In this document: one piece after another, positions 47,206 through 56,881 of the stretch
How positions within the stretch are numbered: the stretch's first letter is position 1
Layout: every line of letters begins with the position of its first letter
Assembly (NCBI GenBank): GCA_964568545.1
Contig: CAZMRE010000002.1
Coordinates: 1 to 59,819, forward strand
Length of the DNA: 59,819 bases
Source: an uncultured Deferribacteres bacterium
GTDB taxonomy: Bacteria > Zhuqueibacterota > JdFR-76 > BMS3Abin05
Direction of reading: 5' to 3'
Notes under the pieces: generated by a model
What the model saw: the letters and a program-made list of their open reading frames with translations, nothing else
Database searches by the model: none
Told to the model about the DNA's origin: nothing
Translations under genes and position numbers: made by a program

Positions 47206-49353
47206 ATGAATCGAAAAACGGCCTTTGCATTTTTGATCATTGGATTATTTGTGCTGTCTTTCAATCCAATAAATTCGTACAGCCAAAAGCCAACCCGTTT
47301 TTTGGCTCTTGGTGAATTCTGGCATTATGAGGAGAATGATTTCAGCGGAGGTTGGGAAAGCTCCTGGGTTTGGCCGGGCAACCGCTGGCGGGAAAAAAAC
47401 CCTGGGGAAATCCGTCTGATGGGTCCCAATGCCCGATTGGCTGGGCCGGGACTTGGCGTAAAGGATTGGAAAGACCGACGAAAACGCTTCCATCCGTACT
47501 ACATCTGTTCTTCCAATGCGGGGGAATATCTGCACACGTCCGACGCTTCCTCGGAGCCTTATGGTACGTTTGAAAAAGTATTGCGTGTGCGTCCCCCAGA
47601 TGTATACGTGGACGGCAAATTACAGGGCGCTCGGCATCCCTACGACCGGATCGATCCAACCCTTCCGGTGGACGGCATTATTCACGGGAAGGTTAATTTT
47701 CCTATCGGTGTGACAGCAGACATGACCTGGTATTCCAGCGCCGCCAAGAACGCCGATATGTACATGATTTTGGATGTGACTCTCACTAACTCCGGCAACA
47801 CCAATGCCACGCCCAGAATTGAATTAAGAAACCAAACTCTCCATGGGCTCTGCTGGGCCTACATGCCGGAACCCATGGTTTCCTTTGAAGGGGCTACACA
47901 GAACGCGGCTATCTGGGAAGGAAATAACGATGATTGGGTGGAATATTACGGTGAGAATTACCTGGACTATCTCGGTTCGGGTGATCCGCTGCACCCAGCG
48001 GGTGACCCCACGGCAGATTCCCTGCGTTTGTGGATATTGTGGGATGGGGATAACAACCTGCTTCCCGGTGATGATGTAGGAGACCCCGACCGCAATGTGG
48101 GTTTCGTGGAACAAACACCGGGGCATGGGTATCTTTTTTCGCCGCAATATGTGGGGTGGGGAATTCTCCACGCCGACAAGAGTGTAGATGATAAAACCAA
48201 CGATTTGTCCCAGCCATTCTCCACGGTTTGGCGTCCTGGGACAGTACGCTGGGGCGAAAGTGATTATGACAAGTTGTATCAATTTCTGTTCAGTGGCAAT
48301 CACATGAAGAGTCCGCAGGAAATGGGCTACACCGAGCCCAACGATCCCGAGCATGTGGCTGCTCCCTATGCCTACCTAGGAGTGGGGCCCTATGAGATGC
48401 CATTTGGGAGCAGTGTTCACATTACGATGCTGGTGGTGATTAACGGGCTTTCTCGGGAGAATTGTAGGAAAGTGGGACTGGAGTGGTACAACGCTCATCA
48501 CGGCGGCGAGGGTTTGACCGATGAAGAGAAGGATGCCATTGTGGCGACGGGCAGGGATTCTTTAATGAAATATTACAGTATGGCTTACCGGCGATATTTT
48601 CGGAACATTGCCGAAGGACGGAATCCCTTTGCAGTGCCCAAACCCCCACCGGCGCCGGATTTGTGGGTGGAAGCCGGGAACAAGTGTGTGAAGCTTCATT
48701 GGAGTGATGTGTCCAAAGTTCCGGATCCTGACACCGGTGTGCCTGATTTTGCCGGATATCGAGTGTACCGGTCTCACAGTACGGGACAGCAGGGATTTAG
48801 TGGCAACGAGGGTCCCTACGATCTGATCTGGGAGTGCGGGGGGAAGAGCGGCAATCCGGTGGATACGAGTTTTGTTGATCGCAGTGTTCAGAGAGGGTTT
48901 GCTTACTGGTACTATGTGACAGCCTACGATGACGGGAGTCAGAACTGGGAGGATGGAAAGCCGCTGGAGTCGGGCAAGTACTGGAATATGATGCAGAAGA
49001 ACATGCCGGTTCATCCCTACTACAAGCCGGAGCAGGTAAAAACACTGGACAAGGTGCGGGTGGTACCCAATCCTTACAATTACGCCTCGCGTCCGATGAA
49101 TTTTCCGGATGAGGAGAATAAGATTATGTTTGTGGGATTGCCGCCGAAGTGTACGATTAAGATTTTCACGGTGACAGGGAATCTGGTGAAGACGCTTCAT
49201 CACACAAATGGAACCGGTGAGGAGCCCTGGGATCAATTGACGGAATACAACCAAATTGTGTATTCGGGGGTGTACATCTATGTGATTCAAAGTGACATCG
49301 GTACCACAACTGGAAAGTTTGTGATTGTGCGTGAAGGGGAACAGGTTCAATAA
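47206..49353 (+). CDS. secreted protein of unknown function, paralog A: novel ~470-aa N-domain + FN3 + T9SS-type C-terminal domain
   Basis: Signal peptide. FN3-like PPAPDLWVEAGNKCVKLHWSDV...FAGYRVYRS...FAYWYYVTAYDDG. CTD VRVVPNPYNY...CTIKIFTVTGNLVKTL...SGVYIYVIQ...GKFVIVR (about 49054-49353). ATG 47206 is preferred over TTG 47200. Confidence 0.85.
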   Translation: MNRKTAFAFLIIGLFVLSFNPINSYSQKPTRFLALGEFWHYEENDFSGGWESSWVWPGNRWREKNPGEIRLMGPNARLAGPGLGVKDWKDRRKRFHPYYICSSNAGEYLHTSDASSEPYGTFEKVLRVRPPDVYVDGKLQGARHPYDRIDPTLPVDGIIHGKVNFPIGVTADMTWYSSAAKNADMYMILDVTLTNSGNTNATPRIELRNQTLHGLCWAYMPEPMVSFEGATQNAAIWEGNNDDWVEYYGENYLDYLGSGDPLHPAGDPTADSLRLWILWDGDNNLLPGDDVGDPDRNVGFVEQTPGHGYLFSPQYVGWGILHADKSVDDKTNDLSQPFSTVWRPGTVRWGESDYDKLYQFLFSGNHMKSPQEMGYTEPNDPEHVAAPYAYLGVGPYEMPFGSSVHITMLVVINGLSRENCRKVGLEWYNAHHGGEGLTDEEKDAIVATGRDSLMKYYSMAYRRYFRNIAEGRNPFAVPKPPPAPDLWVEAGNKCVKLHWSDVSKVPDPDTGVPDFAGYRVYRSHSTGQQGFSGNEGPYDLIWECGGKSGNPVDTSFVDRSVQRGFAYWYYVTAYDDGSQNWEDGKPLESGKYWNMMQKNMPVHPYYKPEQVKTLDKVRVVPNPYNYASRPMNFPDEENKIMFVGLPPKCTIKIFTVTGNLVKTLHHTNGTGEEPWDQLTEYNQIVYSGVYIYVIQSDIGTTTGKFVIVREGEQVQ
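47605..47780 (+). repeat. near-identical block 1 shared by the paralogs (partner 49811-49986)
   Basis: 176 nt with a single mismatch (CGG versus CGC), read directly from both copies. Confidence 0.9.
48937..49230 (+). repeat. near-identical block 2 shared by the paralogs (partner 51143-51436)
   Basis: 294 nt with a single mismatch, of which 268 nt (48937-49204 versus 51143-51410) are perfectly identical. It spans the FN3 end, the linker and the first half of the CTD. Confidence 0.9.
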
Positions 49354-49411
49354 ATAGCCTTTTGGAGGAGATTTAGAAACACCTTTTGTGTGATTTTATG
49401 GAGATATAAGA

Positions 49412-51559
49412 ATGTGGAAAGCTGGGAAAATAGGCATCATTTTTTTGGCGATCGCCGCTTTTGGCCTGAATCCTCGGAATACAGTGGCGCAAAAACCGGT
49501 TCGCTACCTGGCTCTGGGAGAGTTCTGGCACTACGAAGAGGATGATTTCAGCGGGGGCTGGGAAACCTCCTGGATCTGGCCCGGCAACCGCTGGCGCGAA
49601 AGAATTCCTGGCGAAATTAAATGTATGGGAACAAACGCTCGCTTGGTGGGCCCTGGCTTCGGTGTAAAGAACTGGAAAGATCGGCGGAAACGCTTTCACC
49701 CATATTATATTTGCTCGTCCAATGCCGGTGAATATCTGCATACTTCTGACGCTTCTTCCGAACCGTACCAGATTTTTGAAAAGGTTTTGCGCGTGCGCCC
49801 CCCAGATGTCTACGTGGACGGCAAATTACAGGGCGCTCGCCATCCCTACGACCGGATCGATCCAACCCTTCCGGTGGACGGCATTATTCACGGGAAGGTT
49901 AATTTTCCTATCGGTGTGACAGCAGACATGACCTGGTATTCCAGCGCCGCCAAGAACGCCGATATGTACATGATTTTGGATGTGACATTGACAAATACGG
50001 GAAATACAAACAGTACGCCGAAAATTGAGTTGCCAAACCAGACGCTGCATGGCCTTTGTTGGGCCTACATGCCCGAGCCTTGCGTGACCTACGAAGGGGC
50101 CAATCAAAACAAGGCAGTGTGGGAAAATAACAATGACGACTGGGTGGAATATTACGGCGAAAATTATGCGGATTACATTGGCTCGGGTGATCCCCTCCAT
50201 CCTGCCGGTGATCCTAATGCCGATTCACTTCGCCTCTGGATCATGTGGGACGGTGACAATAATTTGCTTCCCGGGGATGACGTAGGAGATCCCGATCGCA
50301 ATGTGGGGTATGTGGAACCGACTTCAGGGCACGGCCGGATCCTTTCCCCGGCTTATGTGGGCTGGGGAATTTTGCACGCGGACAAAAGCGTGGATGACGA
50401 GACCAATGACTTGTCCCAGCCGTTTTCCACCGTCTGGCGTCCGGGGACAGTGCGTTGGGGCGAAACCGACTACGACAAGCTCTATCAGTTTCTATTCAGC
50501 GGCGATCACATGAAAAGCCCTCAGGAAATGGGATACACCGAGCCCAATGATCCGGAGCATGTATCGGCACCCTACGCTTACCTGGGGGTGGGACCCTATG
50601 AAATGCCTTTTGGAAGTGACGTGCACATTACGATGCTGGTGGTGATCAATGGATTGTCTCGGGAGAATTGCCGGAAAGTTGGCCTGGAATGGTACAATGC
50701 CCAACACGGAGGCGAGGGACTGACAGATGAAGAAAAGGATGCCCTGGTGGCTACCGGGCGGGATTCGCTGATGAAATATTACAGCATGGCTTATCGCCGG
50801 TACTTTCGGAACATTGCCGAAGGACGGAACCCCTTTGCGGTGCCCAAACCCCCACCGGCACCGGATTTGTGGGTGGAGGCGGGCAACAGGTGCGTAAAAT
50901 TGCACTGGAGTGATGTGTCCAAAGTTCCGGATCCCGATACCGGTGTGCCCGATTTTGCCGGATATCGAGTGTACCGCTCGCACAGCACCAATCTGGCTGG
51001 AGAAAGTGGAAATGAAGGCCCTTATGATCTCATCTATGAAAGTCGGCCAACGGATGGGCACCCCGCGGACACCAGTTTTGTGGATTACGGGGTACAGCGC
51101 GGTTTTGCCTATTGGTATTACGTGACGGCCTTCGATGATGGAAGTCAGAACTGGGAGGATGGAAAGCCGCTGGAGTCGGGCAAGTACTGGAATATGATGC
51201 AGAAGAACATGCCGGTTCATCCCTACTACAAGCCGGAGCAGGTAAAAACACTGGACAAGGTGCGGGTGGTACCCAATCCTTACAATTACGCCTCGCGTCC
51301 GATGAATTTTCCGGATGAGGAGAATAAGATTATGTTTGTGGGATTGCCGCCGAAGTGTACGATTAAGATTTTCACGGTGACAGGGAATCTGGTGAAGACG
51401 CTTCATCACATAAATGGAACCGGTGAGGAGCCCTGGAATCAGCTCACAGAATACAATCAAATTGTATATTCGGGGGTTTATATTTTTACGATTGAGAGCA
51501 ATATTGGAACCGCAACTGGTAAATTCGTCATCGTTAGAAGCGGAGAGGAGGTGAGGTAA
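49412..51559 (+). CDS. secreted protein of unknown function, paralog B (roughly 90 percent identical to paralog A by eye)
   Basis: Same architecture as 47206..49353. CTD at about 51260-51559. Confidence 0.85.
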   Translation: MWKAGKIGIIFLAIAAFGLNPRNTVAQKPVRYLALGEFWHYEEDDFSGGWETSWIWPGNRWRERIPGEIKCMGTNARLVGPGFGVKNWKDRRKRFHPYYICSSNAGEYLHTSDASSEPYQIFEKVLRVRPPDVYVDGKLQGARHPYDRIDPTLPVDGIIHGKVNFPIGVTADMTWYSSAAKNADMYMILDVTLTNTGNTNSTPKIELPNQTLHGLCWAYMPEPCVTYEGANQNKAVWENNNDDWVEYYGENYADYIGSGDPLHPAGDPNADSLRLWIMWDGDNNLLPGDDVGDPDRNVGYVEPTSGHGRILSPAYVGWGILHADKSVDDETNDLSQPFSTVWRPGTVRWGETDYDKLYQFLFSGDHMKSPQEMGYTEPNDPEHVSAPYAYLGVGPYEMPFGSDVHITMLVVINGLSRENCRKVGLEWYNAQHGGEGLTDEEKDALVATGRDSLMKYYSMAYRRYFRNIAEGRNPFAVPKPPPAPDLWVEAGNRCVKLHWSDVSKVPDPDTGVPDFAGYRVYRSHSTNLAGESGNEGPYDLIYESRPTDGHPADTSFVDYGVQRGFAYWYYVTAFDDGSQNWEDGKPLESGKYWNMMQKNMPVHPYYKPEQVKTLDKVRVVPNPYNYASRPMNFPDEENKIMFVGLPPKCTIKIFTVTGNLVKTLHHINGTGEEPWNQLTEYNQIVYSGVYIFTIESNIGTATGKFVIVRSGEEVR

Positions 51560-51675
51560 CACAAAGGGAAAAAACAATCAAACCAAATGAAAGGAGGTGA
51601 TTATTCAAGGATGTTCATTGGGGGAAATCGTAAAAAAATGAAAAAACAATGAACGAACCTTTAAGGAGGGTTACG

Positions 51676-52878
51676 ATGAAACGATTCGTAGTTTTATTAG
51701 CCACCATTGCAATGGCCGTGTTTATGGTATCCAATAGTTTTGCCGGAAACAAGGCTCTAAAAAAGGCCAGTGGTGTAACAGAAATCAAATTGTACACGAA
51801 TGAGAACCCACCTCGGTTTTGGGGTTATGATTCGGTAGGTACAAATCATGCAGCCAATTACCTGGGACAAAAAAAATCATATCCCCATGCCAGCAGTTTG
51901 GTTGTTCGATTTGGAATGAACAATGACATCGTGAATGGCGATACGTGTAATATCTATGTAAGCCATGATGCTGCTATTGGTCCTTACGCCTATTGGCTCC
52001 ATTTTGTTGGTATGCCCAACCCGAGAAATTGGGTGGATATCTATCGTTCCGATACCGAAGGCTATGATCAATATCTGGATGCATCCCACACCCAGCGCGT
52101 GACTTTCTGGATTAAAGCCGACCCCAAATTGGCAGATACATACCCGCTGTTCTTCGTCTGGAGAAGCCAGGAAGTAAATGGCCACGATGCATTCAGTGCC
52201 ATCGCCTGCATCAGGGGAGAAACCATCGTGCGGATTGATCCTTATGGTGATTGGAATGTCGTCCGTTTTCACAAATTCAGTGGAGATTGGCAGTTTGTAT
52301 CTATTCCGTGGACGTTCTTCACCATTCCAACGGCTGATTCTGTACAGGCCATTATCCCGTATAGCTGGGCGGGCGTCCAAACCGATGGAAAATCCTATGG
52401 TCCCGATTTCGATCCGTCAACAATTCGTGTGTACCAATTGGACACCAGAATCGGCGGTGAACCTGACAAAGGAAATTTCCCCTGGCCGGATAGCGGAACA
52501 CCCGAAGGTACTGGAGATTATGGAATTGATGAAATGATTCTGACCCTGAACCCAGGAACAGGCGTCAGTGGGGTGAATGGCGAAAAGACCACCGTTCCGT
52601 TGACCTACGAACTGAAAGATGCCTATCCCAATCCATTCAATCCCAGCACGACCATTGAGTACGGGCTTCCTGTAAGCAATACCGTGAAAATCGTGGTGTA
52701 CAATTCAATGGGACAGAAAGTGAAAACACTGGTTAACAGCTACCAGACACTGGGCACTTACAAAGTGACATGGGACGGCACCAATGATTTTGGCGAAACT
52801 GTTCCAAGCGGCGTTTACTTTTGCAAGATGACGTCCAGCCATTTCAGCGCTGTGAAAAAACTAATGCTGATGAAGTAA
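51676..52878 (+). CDS. secreted beta-sandwich (carbohydrate-binding-module-like) protein with T9SS-type C-terminal domain
   Basis: AAGGAGGG RBS and signal peptide MKRFVVLLATIAMAVFMVSNSFA. WQFVSIPWTFFT...FDPSTIRVYQLD...GDYGIDEMILT resembles CBM11/CIA30-type modules (inference). CTD YPNPFNPSTTIEYGLPVSNTVKIVVYNSMGQKV...SGVYFCKM (about 52605-52878). Confidence 0.8.
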   Translation: MKRFVVLLATIAMAVFMVSNSFAGNKALKKASGVTEIKLYTNENPPRFWGYDSVGTNHAANYLGQKKSYPHASSLVVRFGMNNDIVNGDTCNIYVSHDAAIGPYAYWLHFVGMPNPRNWVDIYRSDTEGYDQYLDASHTQRVTFWIKADPKLADTYPLFFVWRSQEVNGHDAFSAIACIRGETIVRIDPYGDWNVVRFHKFSGDWQFVSIPWTFFTIPTADSVQAIIPYSWAGVQTDGKSYGPDFDPSTIRVYQLDTRIGGEPDKGNFPWPDSGTPEGTGDYGIDEMILTLNPGTGVSGVNGEKTTVPLTYELKDAYPNPFNPSTTIEYGLPVSNTVKIVVYNSMGQKVKTLVNSYQTLGTYKVTWDGTNDFGETVPSGVYFCKMTSSHFSAVKKLMLMK

Positions 52879-52913
52879 AACCAGTGTTGTTTAATTAGTC
52901 GCTAAATTCAGCG

Positions 52914-52963
52914 GGCGCTTCCTTAAGTTTTTTAACCTCTTTGAGGAAGCGCCTGATTTTTTA
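52914..52963 (+). terminator. strong rho-independent terminator closing the 38882-52878 gene string
   Basis: GGCGCTTCC (52914-52922) pairs with GGAAGCGCC (52945-52953), followed by TGATTTTTTA. Confidence 0.7.
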
Positions 52964-53103
52964 TCTGTAAGAAGAAAAAAATAATTTTTTGCTTGCAATT
53001 TTGGAGAAAAAGCATAATTTATGATAACGTTTGCGTAGGCCTATTTAATGGTCGAAATTTTTACAATTAAATTATTTTTATTTAATAAAATGAGGTAGCG
53101 ATT

Positions 53104-56100
53104 ATGTCTGTTCGATTTAGCAGTAATCGTCCGCCGAAAGCATGTTTACACGACGGTCTTGTACAAAAAGCAAAAATGATCTTTGCCCTTTTTATCTGGA
53201 TTTTTTTGTTGGGTGAGGCACAGGGAAGAACTTTTCCTGCTTCCGCTTCTGCTTTGCCTCCCGTTCCGCACGATTACGCGGGCGGCGCCGATTACCAATC
53301 CTACCTTACTTATTCCAAAACTTTTGCTGACACTTTCCTCCGGGCGGCCGTGGACCATTGGGGTCCCAAAAAGACCCCCCTGTTTGTGCAGATGCTGGCG
53401 CTAAAGACCCATGACATCCCAAAAAAATCCGACGACCCCCGCTGGCAAATGGATTACGCCGGGGCCGACTACGTGTATGCCTCCCAGGGAAGTGACCTTT
53501 CCCGAGAAACGTACATGTTGCCGGCACTGATTGAGTTAACCGAAATAACCGGGAATCCCAAATACAAACAGGCGGCGCTGGCCTATTTGCGATTTTACTT
53601 CAAACACTGTCCCAGTCCTACTACGGGACTCTGGCCCTGGGGCGAACACATGAGCTACAATGTGGTCGCCGACAGGATTCACCACTGGCGGGAAGAGCCG
53701 GAAATGTCGCCGGCGCCGTGGGAGCTCTTTTGGCAAATTGACAGCAGCGCCGTGCGAAAGGAGATTGAGGGGTTTTACAAGTACCACACGTACGACAAAA
53801 AAAACACCTTCTTGTTTGATCGCCACGGCAACTATTACACCGGCCTGTTCGACGACATGCGGGTGCGGGGAGCTTACATCAAACACTCCGGCATTTACCT
53901 CTATGGATTTACTTTTCTTTGGACGAAAACCCACAATCCAAAATATCTAAAATGGATGAAAAAAGAGGCTGATCTTTTCTGGAACCGGCGGAATCCCCGA
54001 ACAGGGCTGATTCCCGACGAGGCTAAGGAAACCGAAGGCGTAGTCGCTCAAACGGCCACTTTGACCTATTACTTGCTTCTCTCTTATCAACTGGCACCGG
54101 ATCAGACGTATCTGTTGAAACGGGCGGCTTTCTACATGCGGCATTTTCTCCGGGCAGCCTACAATCCGGAAAACGGTTCCTACTTTGGCGGCGTCCATTT
54201 GAGAACCGGCACGCCCGCGACAGCCTCCCATTTCAGCGTGTGGGGCACCAATAGTCCCGCCGCTTACCTGGGCAAAACAGTGGCACTTTTGTACAAAAAC
54301 ACGGGCGACCCCTTTTTCCTTTGGCACGCTCGGCAAATTGCCCGGATGATTGAGAATACGCCCTTTTCTGAAAATACCTGCGCCGGGGCAATGGGCCAGG
54401 TGATTCACTTCTTTCTAGATCTGTACGACCTGACCGGTGATGGGGCGTACCTTCGCTTTTCGCGGAAAGTGGCTTCAACAGCCATCGACTCCCTTTACAA
54501 TAACGGGCTGTTTAAATACACCTTTCGCAGCTACATCTACAATGCCGGCGGACCCAATGATGGGGACCACACGGGCCACCTTTTCAAAATGCTCCTAAGG
54601 CTTTACAAAATGGAAAAGGGCGTGCCGCTGCACTGGCAGGCACCCGCCATTTGGCACGAATGGAAACGCCCTGTACCCGTGAGGGTGATGGGAAACACTC
54701 CGCTTAAAGGATTGCGGTTGGTGTACATCTTTGGGCACGATCCCGCCGAGCATGTGCTAAAGCCCCAACGGCAGTCGGGGAAAACGGCCTTTTTTGACAT
54801 TCCACTTGAGCCGAAAAAAGAGGGGCTGCTTCGATTTCATTTTAGGTTGAAAAAAGACCGCCAGCACGAGACAGATTCGGCCAATTGGGCCGGTATGGCT
54901 CAGGTGCAAGTGGTGCGCCAGCATGCTGTGCCGGTTATTTCCGATGTCCACTTCCCGCGGGTGGTGCCGGACGTGACACGCATTCCGCTTTCGTTCCGAG
55001 TGGTTTGCCCGGCTGGAATCAAGCAAGCCAGTCTCTTTTACCGGCGCATGCGGGAGCCGGTGCGGGAACAAATGGTCACAAAGCCACTGATAAGTGGCCA
55101 GCAGGTGATGATGTCCATCCCGCCGAAAAACAGCTGTTTCACCGGTTGGACGGATTTCTGGCTCCAGGCCTGGGGGGATCCGGCATTTCCAAGACGCAGT
55201 CAGACGAAGCACTTCCGGGTAATCGCTTCGCAGAAAGCCGAACAAGAGCTTTTGGCTGATCCGAAAAAATGGCAATCACTGGATTTTTCCGCGCTTGGTG
55301 TGCAAATGGAAGTAAAATCGACCCGGAGGACCCCTATTTCCGTGGAAAAAATTCCGGGAGCTCCGGTAACGTTCACAAAAGGGTTGCCGGGAAAAGCCGC
55401 GGCATTTTACCGATTCCGGACAGGGAGGAAGGTCTGGCTGCCCCAGGCGTCTCGTGCAAAGATTCTGGTTGCATCCCGATGGCTGGAACGCTTTGTGGGC
55501 CCAACGCTTCAATTTTACCACGCACAAAAGCGGCATTGGGTACCGGTGTCGTCTCGCTTGTCGGAAGATCAAAAGCAGCTTACGGCCAATCTGCCGGATT
55601 CGGGCCTCTATGCAGTTTCGGGTCTGCCGCGCCAGGTTTGGCGGTGGCCCGCCAGCGATGCCCTTCTCGTGTCGCCTGCTGTGGGGGATTTGGATGGAGA
55701 CGGAAAGTTAGAGGTGATCTTTGCTTCCCGGGATTTTGGACATTTTATGACAGCCCTCCACGCGGATGGAACTGAGTATTGGACCATCGAAAAAGATGGC
55801 GGGTTTTCGTTTCCAGTTCTGGCCGATCTGGACGGCGACGGGCGCCCTGAAGTGATTGTGGGCGACATGGACGGCTACCTTTATGTGTTTAATGGTGACG
55901 GCAGCCTCAAGTGGCGCTACTTTGCCAATAGCGGGGTCAAAACCCCGGCTGTTGGAGATCTGAACGGCGACGGTAAACCGGAGATCGTTTTCGGACTGAA
56001 AAACGGCGACGTGGTGGCTATTTCGAACACAGGGAAAAAGATCTGGCAAACATCGACGGTTCCGCCAGCCAAGCGAAACGCAATCACACTGGCCAACCAG

Positions 56101-56877
56101 GCCTTCGGCGGACATTCCCCGGTGGAAAAAACCATTCCGGCTCTGGCAGACCTGGACGGAGATGGGAAACTGGAAACTCTGATTGCTGGACGAGACAGCC
56201 TGCTCTGGGCTCTGGATTTTCAGGGAAAACCCCTTTGGAAGGTGGCGCTGATCGGGCGACTGGACTACGGCCCCGCCGTGGGCGATCTGGACGGCGATGG
56301 GCAGAAAGAGGTCGTGCTGAACAGCCGTCACGGGGGAGAAAAAGCAAAGGTGTACGCCATCAGCGCAAAGGGAAAAATCCTTTGGTCAGTACCCTGCGAT
56401 GCCTACGGGGACTGGTCGGTTTCGTTGGCGGACGTGACAGGCGACGGCAAGTTGGAAGTGGTGGCCAACGACACGACGCCCGCGCTGAATGTGATTAATT
56501 ACTGCGGGAAGGTGGTGCGCCGGATTCCGCTGCAAAGCTGGAACACGATGACCCCGGCAATCACAGATTTGACGGGAGACGGGAAACCCGATTTTGTGGT
56601 GGCCGGAAACGAGGAGCGCAAGGTGCACGTTCTGGACAATTCCGGGAAGGTGTTGTGGAGCTTTCAGCCTCCCAGCTTTGGCTACGGCGGGGCGAAAGTA
56701 AAGGGCGGCGGCAATGTGGCCATCGCGGATGTAGACGGCGACGGCAAATTGGACATCCTGTTTGGCGATGATGAGAGCTGGTTTTACGACCTTCGCACCC
56801 AGGCCGTGTGCAAACCCTTTGAAATTCGCGTGAACCAGTACCACAACAACGTGGCCCATACGGGGGTGTTTAAATAA
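53104..56877 (+). CDS. 1257-aa secreted protein: helical (alpha/alpha-toroid-like) N-terminal region + 8 FG-GAP/VCBS-type propeller repeats
   Basis: GAGG RBS and a hydrophobic signal-like segment MIFALFIWIFLLGEAQG (an alternative start is ATG 53176). Eight repeats of the form (V/L)(G/A)D(L/V)(D/N/T)GDGKxE(V/I) between about 55680 and 56780, alternating with xGKxLW strands. No T9SS-type C-terminal domain. Confidence 0.8.
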   Translation: MSVRFSSNRPPKACLHDGLVQKAKMIFALFIWIFLLGEAQGRTFPASASALPPVPHDYAGGADYQSYLTYSKTFADTFLRAAVDHWGPKKTPLFVQMLALKTHDIPKKSDDPRWQMDYAGADYVYASQGSDLSRETYMLPALIELTEITGNPKYKQAALAYLRFYFKHCPSPTTGLWPWGEHMSYNVVADRIHHWREEPEMSPAPWELFWQIDSSAVRKEIEGFYKYHTYDKKNTFLFDRHGNYYTGLFDDMRVRGAYIKHSGIYLYGFTFLWTKTHNPKYLKWMKKEADLFWNRRNPRTGLIPDEAKETEGVVAQTATLTYYLLLSYQLAPDQTYLLKRAAFYMRHFLRAAYNPENGSYFGGVHLRTGTPATASHFSVWGTNSPAAYLGKTVALLYKNTGDPFFLWHARQIARMIENTPFSENTCAGAMGQVIHFFLDLYDLTGDGAYLRFSRKVASTAIDSLYNNGLFKYTFRSYIYNAGGPNDGDHTGHLFKMLLRLYKMEKGVPLHWQAPAIWHEWKRPVPVRVMGNTPLKGLRLVYIFGHDPAEHVLKPQRQSGKTAFFDIPLEPKKEGLLRFHFRLKKDRQHETDSANWAGMAQVQVVRQHAVPVISDVHFPRVVPDVTRIPLSFRVVCPAGIKQASLFYRRMREPVREQMVTKPLISGQQVMMSIPPKNSCFTGWTDFWLQAWGDPAFPRRSQTKHFRVIASQKAEQELLADPKKWQSLDFSALGVQMEVKSTRRTPISVEKIPGAPVTFTKGLPGKAAAFYRFRTGRKVWLPQASRAKILVASRWLERFVGPTLQFYHAQKRHWVPVSSRLSEDQKQLTANLPDSGLYAVSGLPRQVWRWPASDALLVSPAVGDLDGDGKLEVIFASRDFGHFMTALHADGTEYWTIEKDGGFSFPVLADLDGDGRPEVIVGDMDGYLYVFNGDGSLKWRYFANSGVKTPAVGDLNGDGKPEIVFGLKNGDVVAISNTGKKIWQTSTVPPAKRNAITLANQAFGGHSPVEKTIPALADLDGDGKLETLIAGRDSLLWALDFQGKPLWKVALIGRLDYGPAVGDLDGDGQKEVVLNSRHGGEKAKVYAISAKGKILWSVPCDAYGDWSVSLADVTGDGKLEVVANDTTPALNVINYCGKVVRRIPLQSWNTMTPAITDLTGDGKPDFVVAGNEERKVHVLDNSGKVLWSFQPPSFGYGGAKVKGGGNVAIADVDGDGKLDILFGDDESWFYDLRTQAVCKPFEIRVNQYHNNVAHTGVFK

Positions 56878-56881
56878 AAAG

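Noticed and set aside
48562-51577. Long antisense ORFs inside the tandem paralogs (48562-49350, 262 aa; 50492-51577, 361 aa)
   Set aside because: These are shadow frames of strongly supported sense genes. Their products are Arg/His/Pro-rich and low-complexity with no start context. Their apparent conservation is simply the paralog identity.
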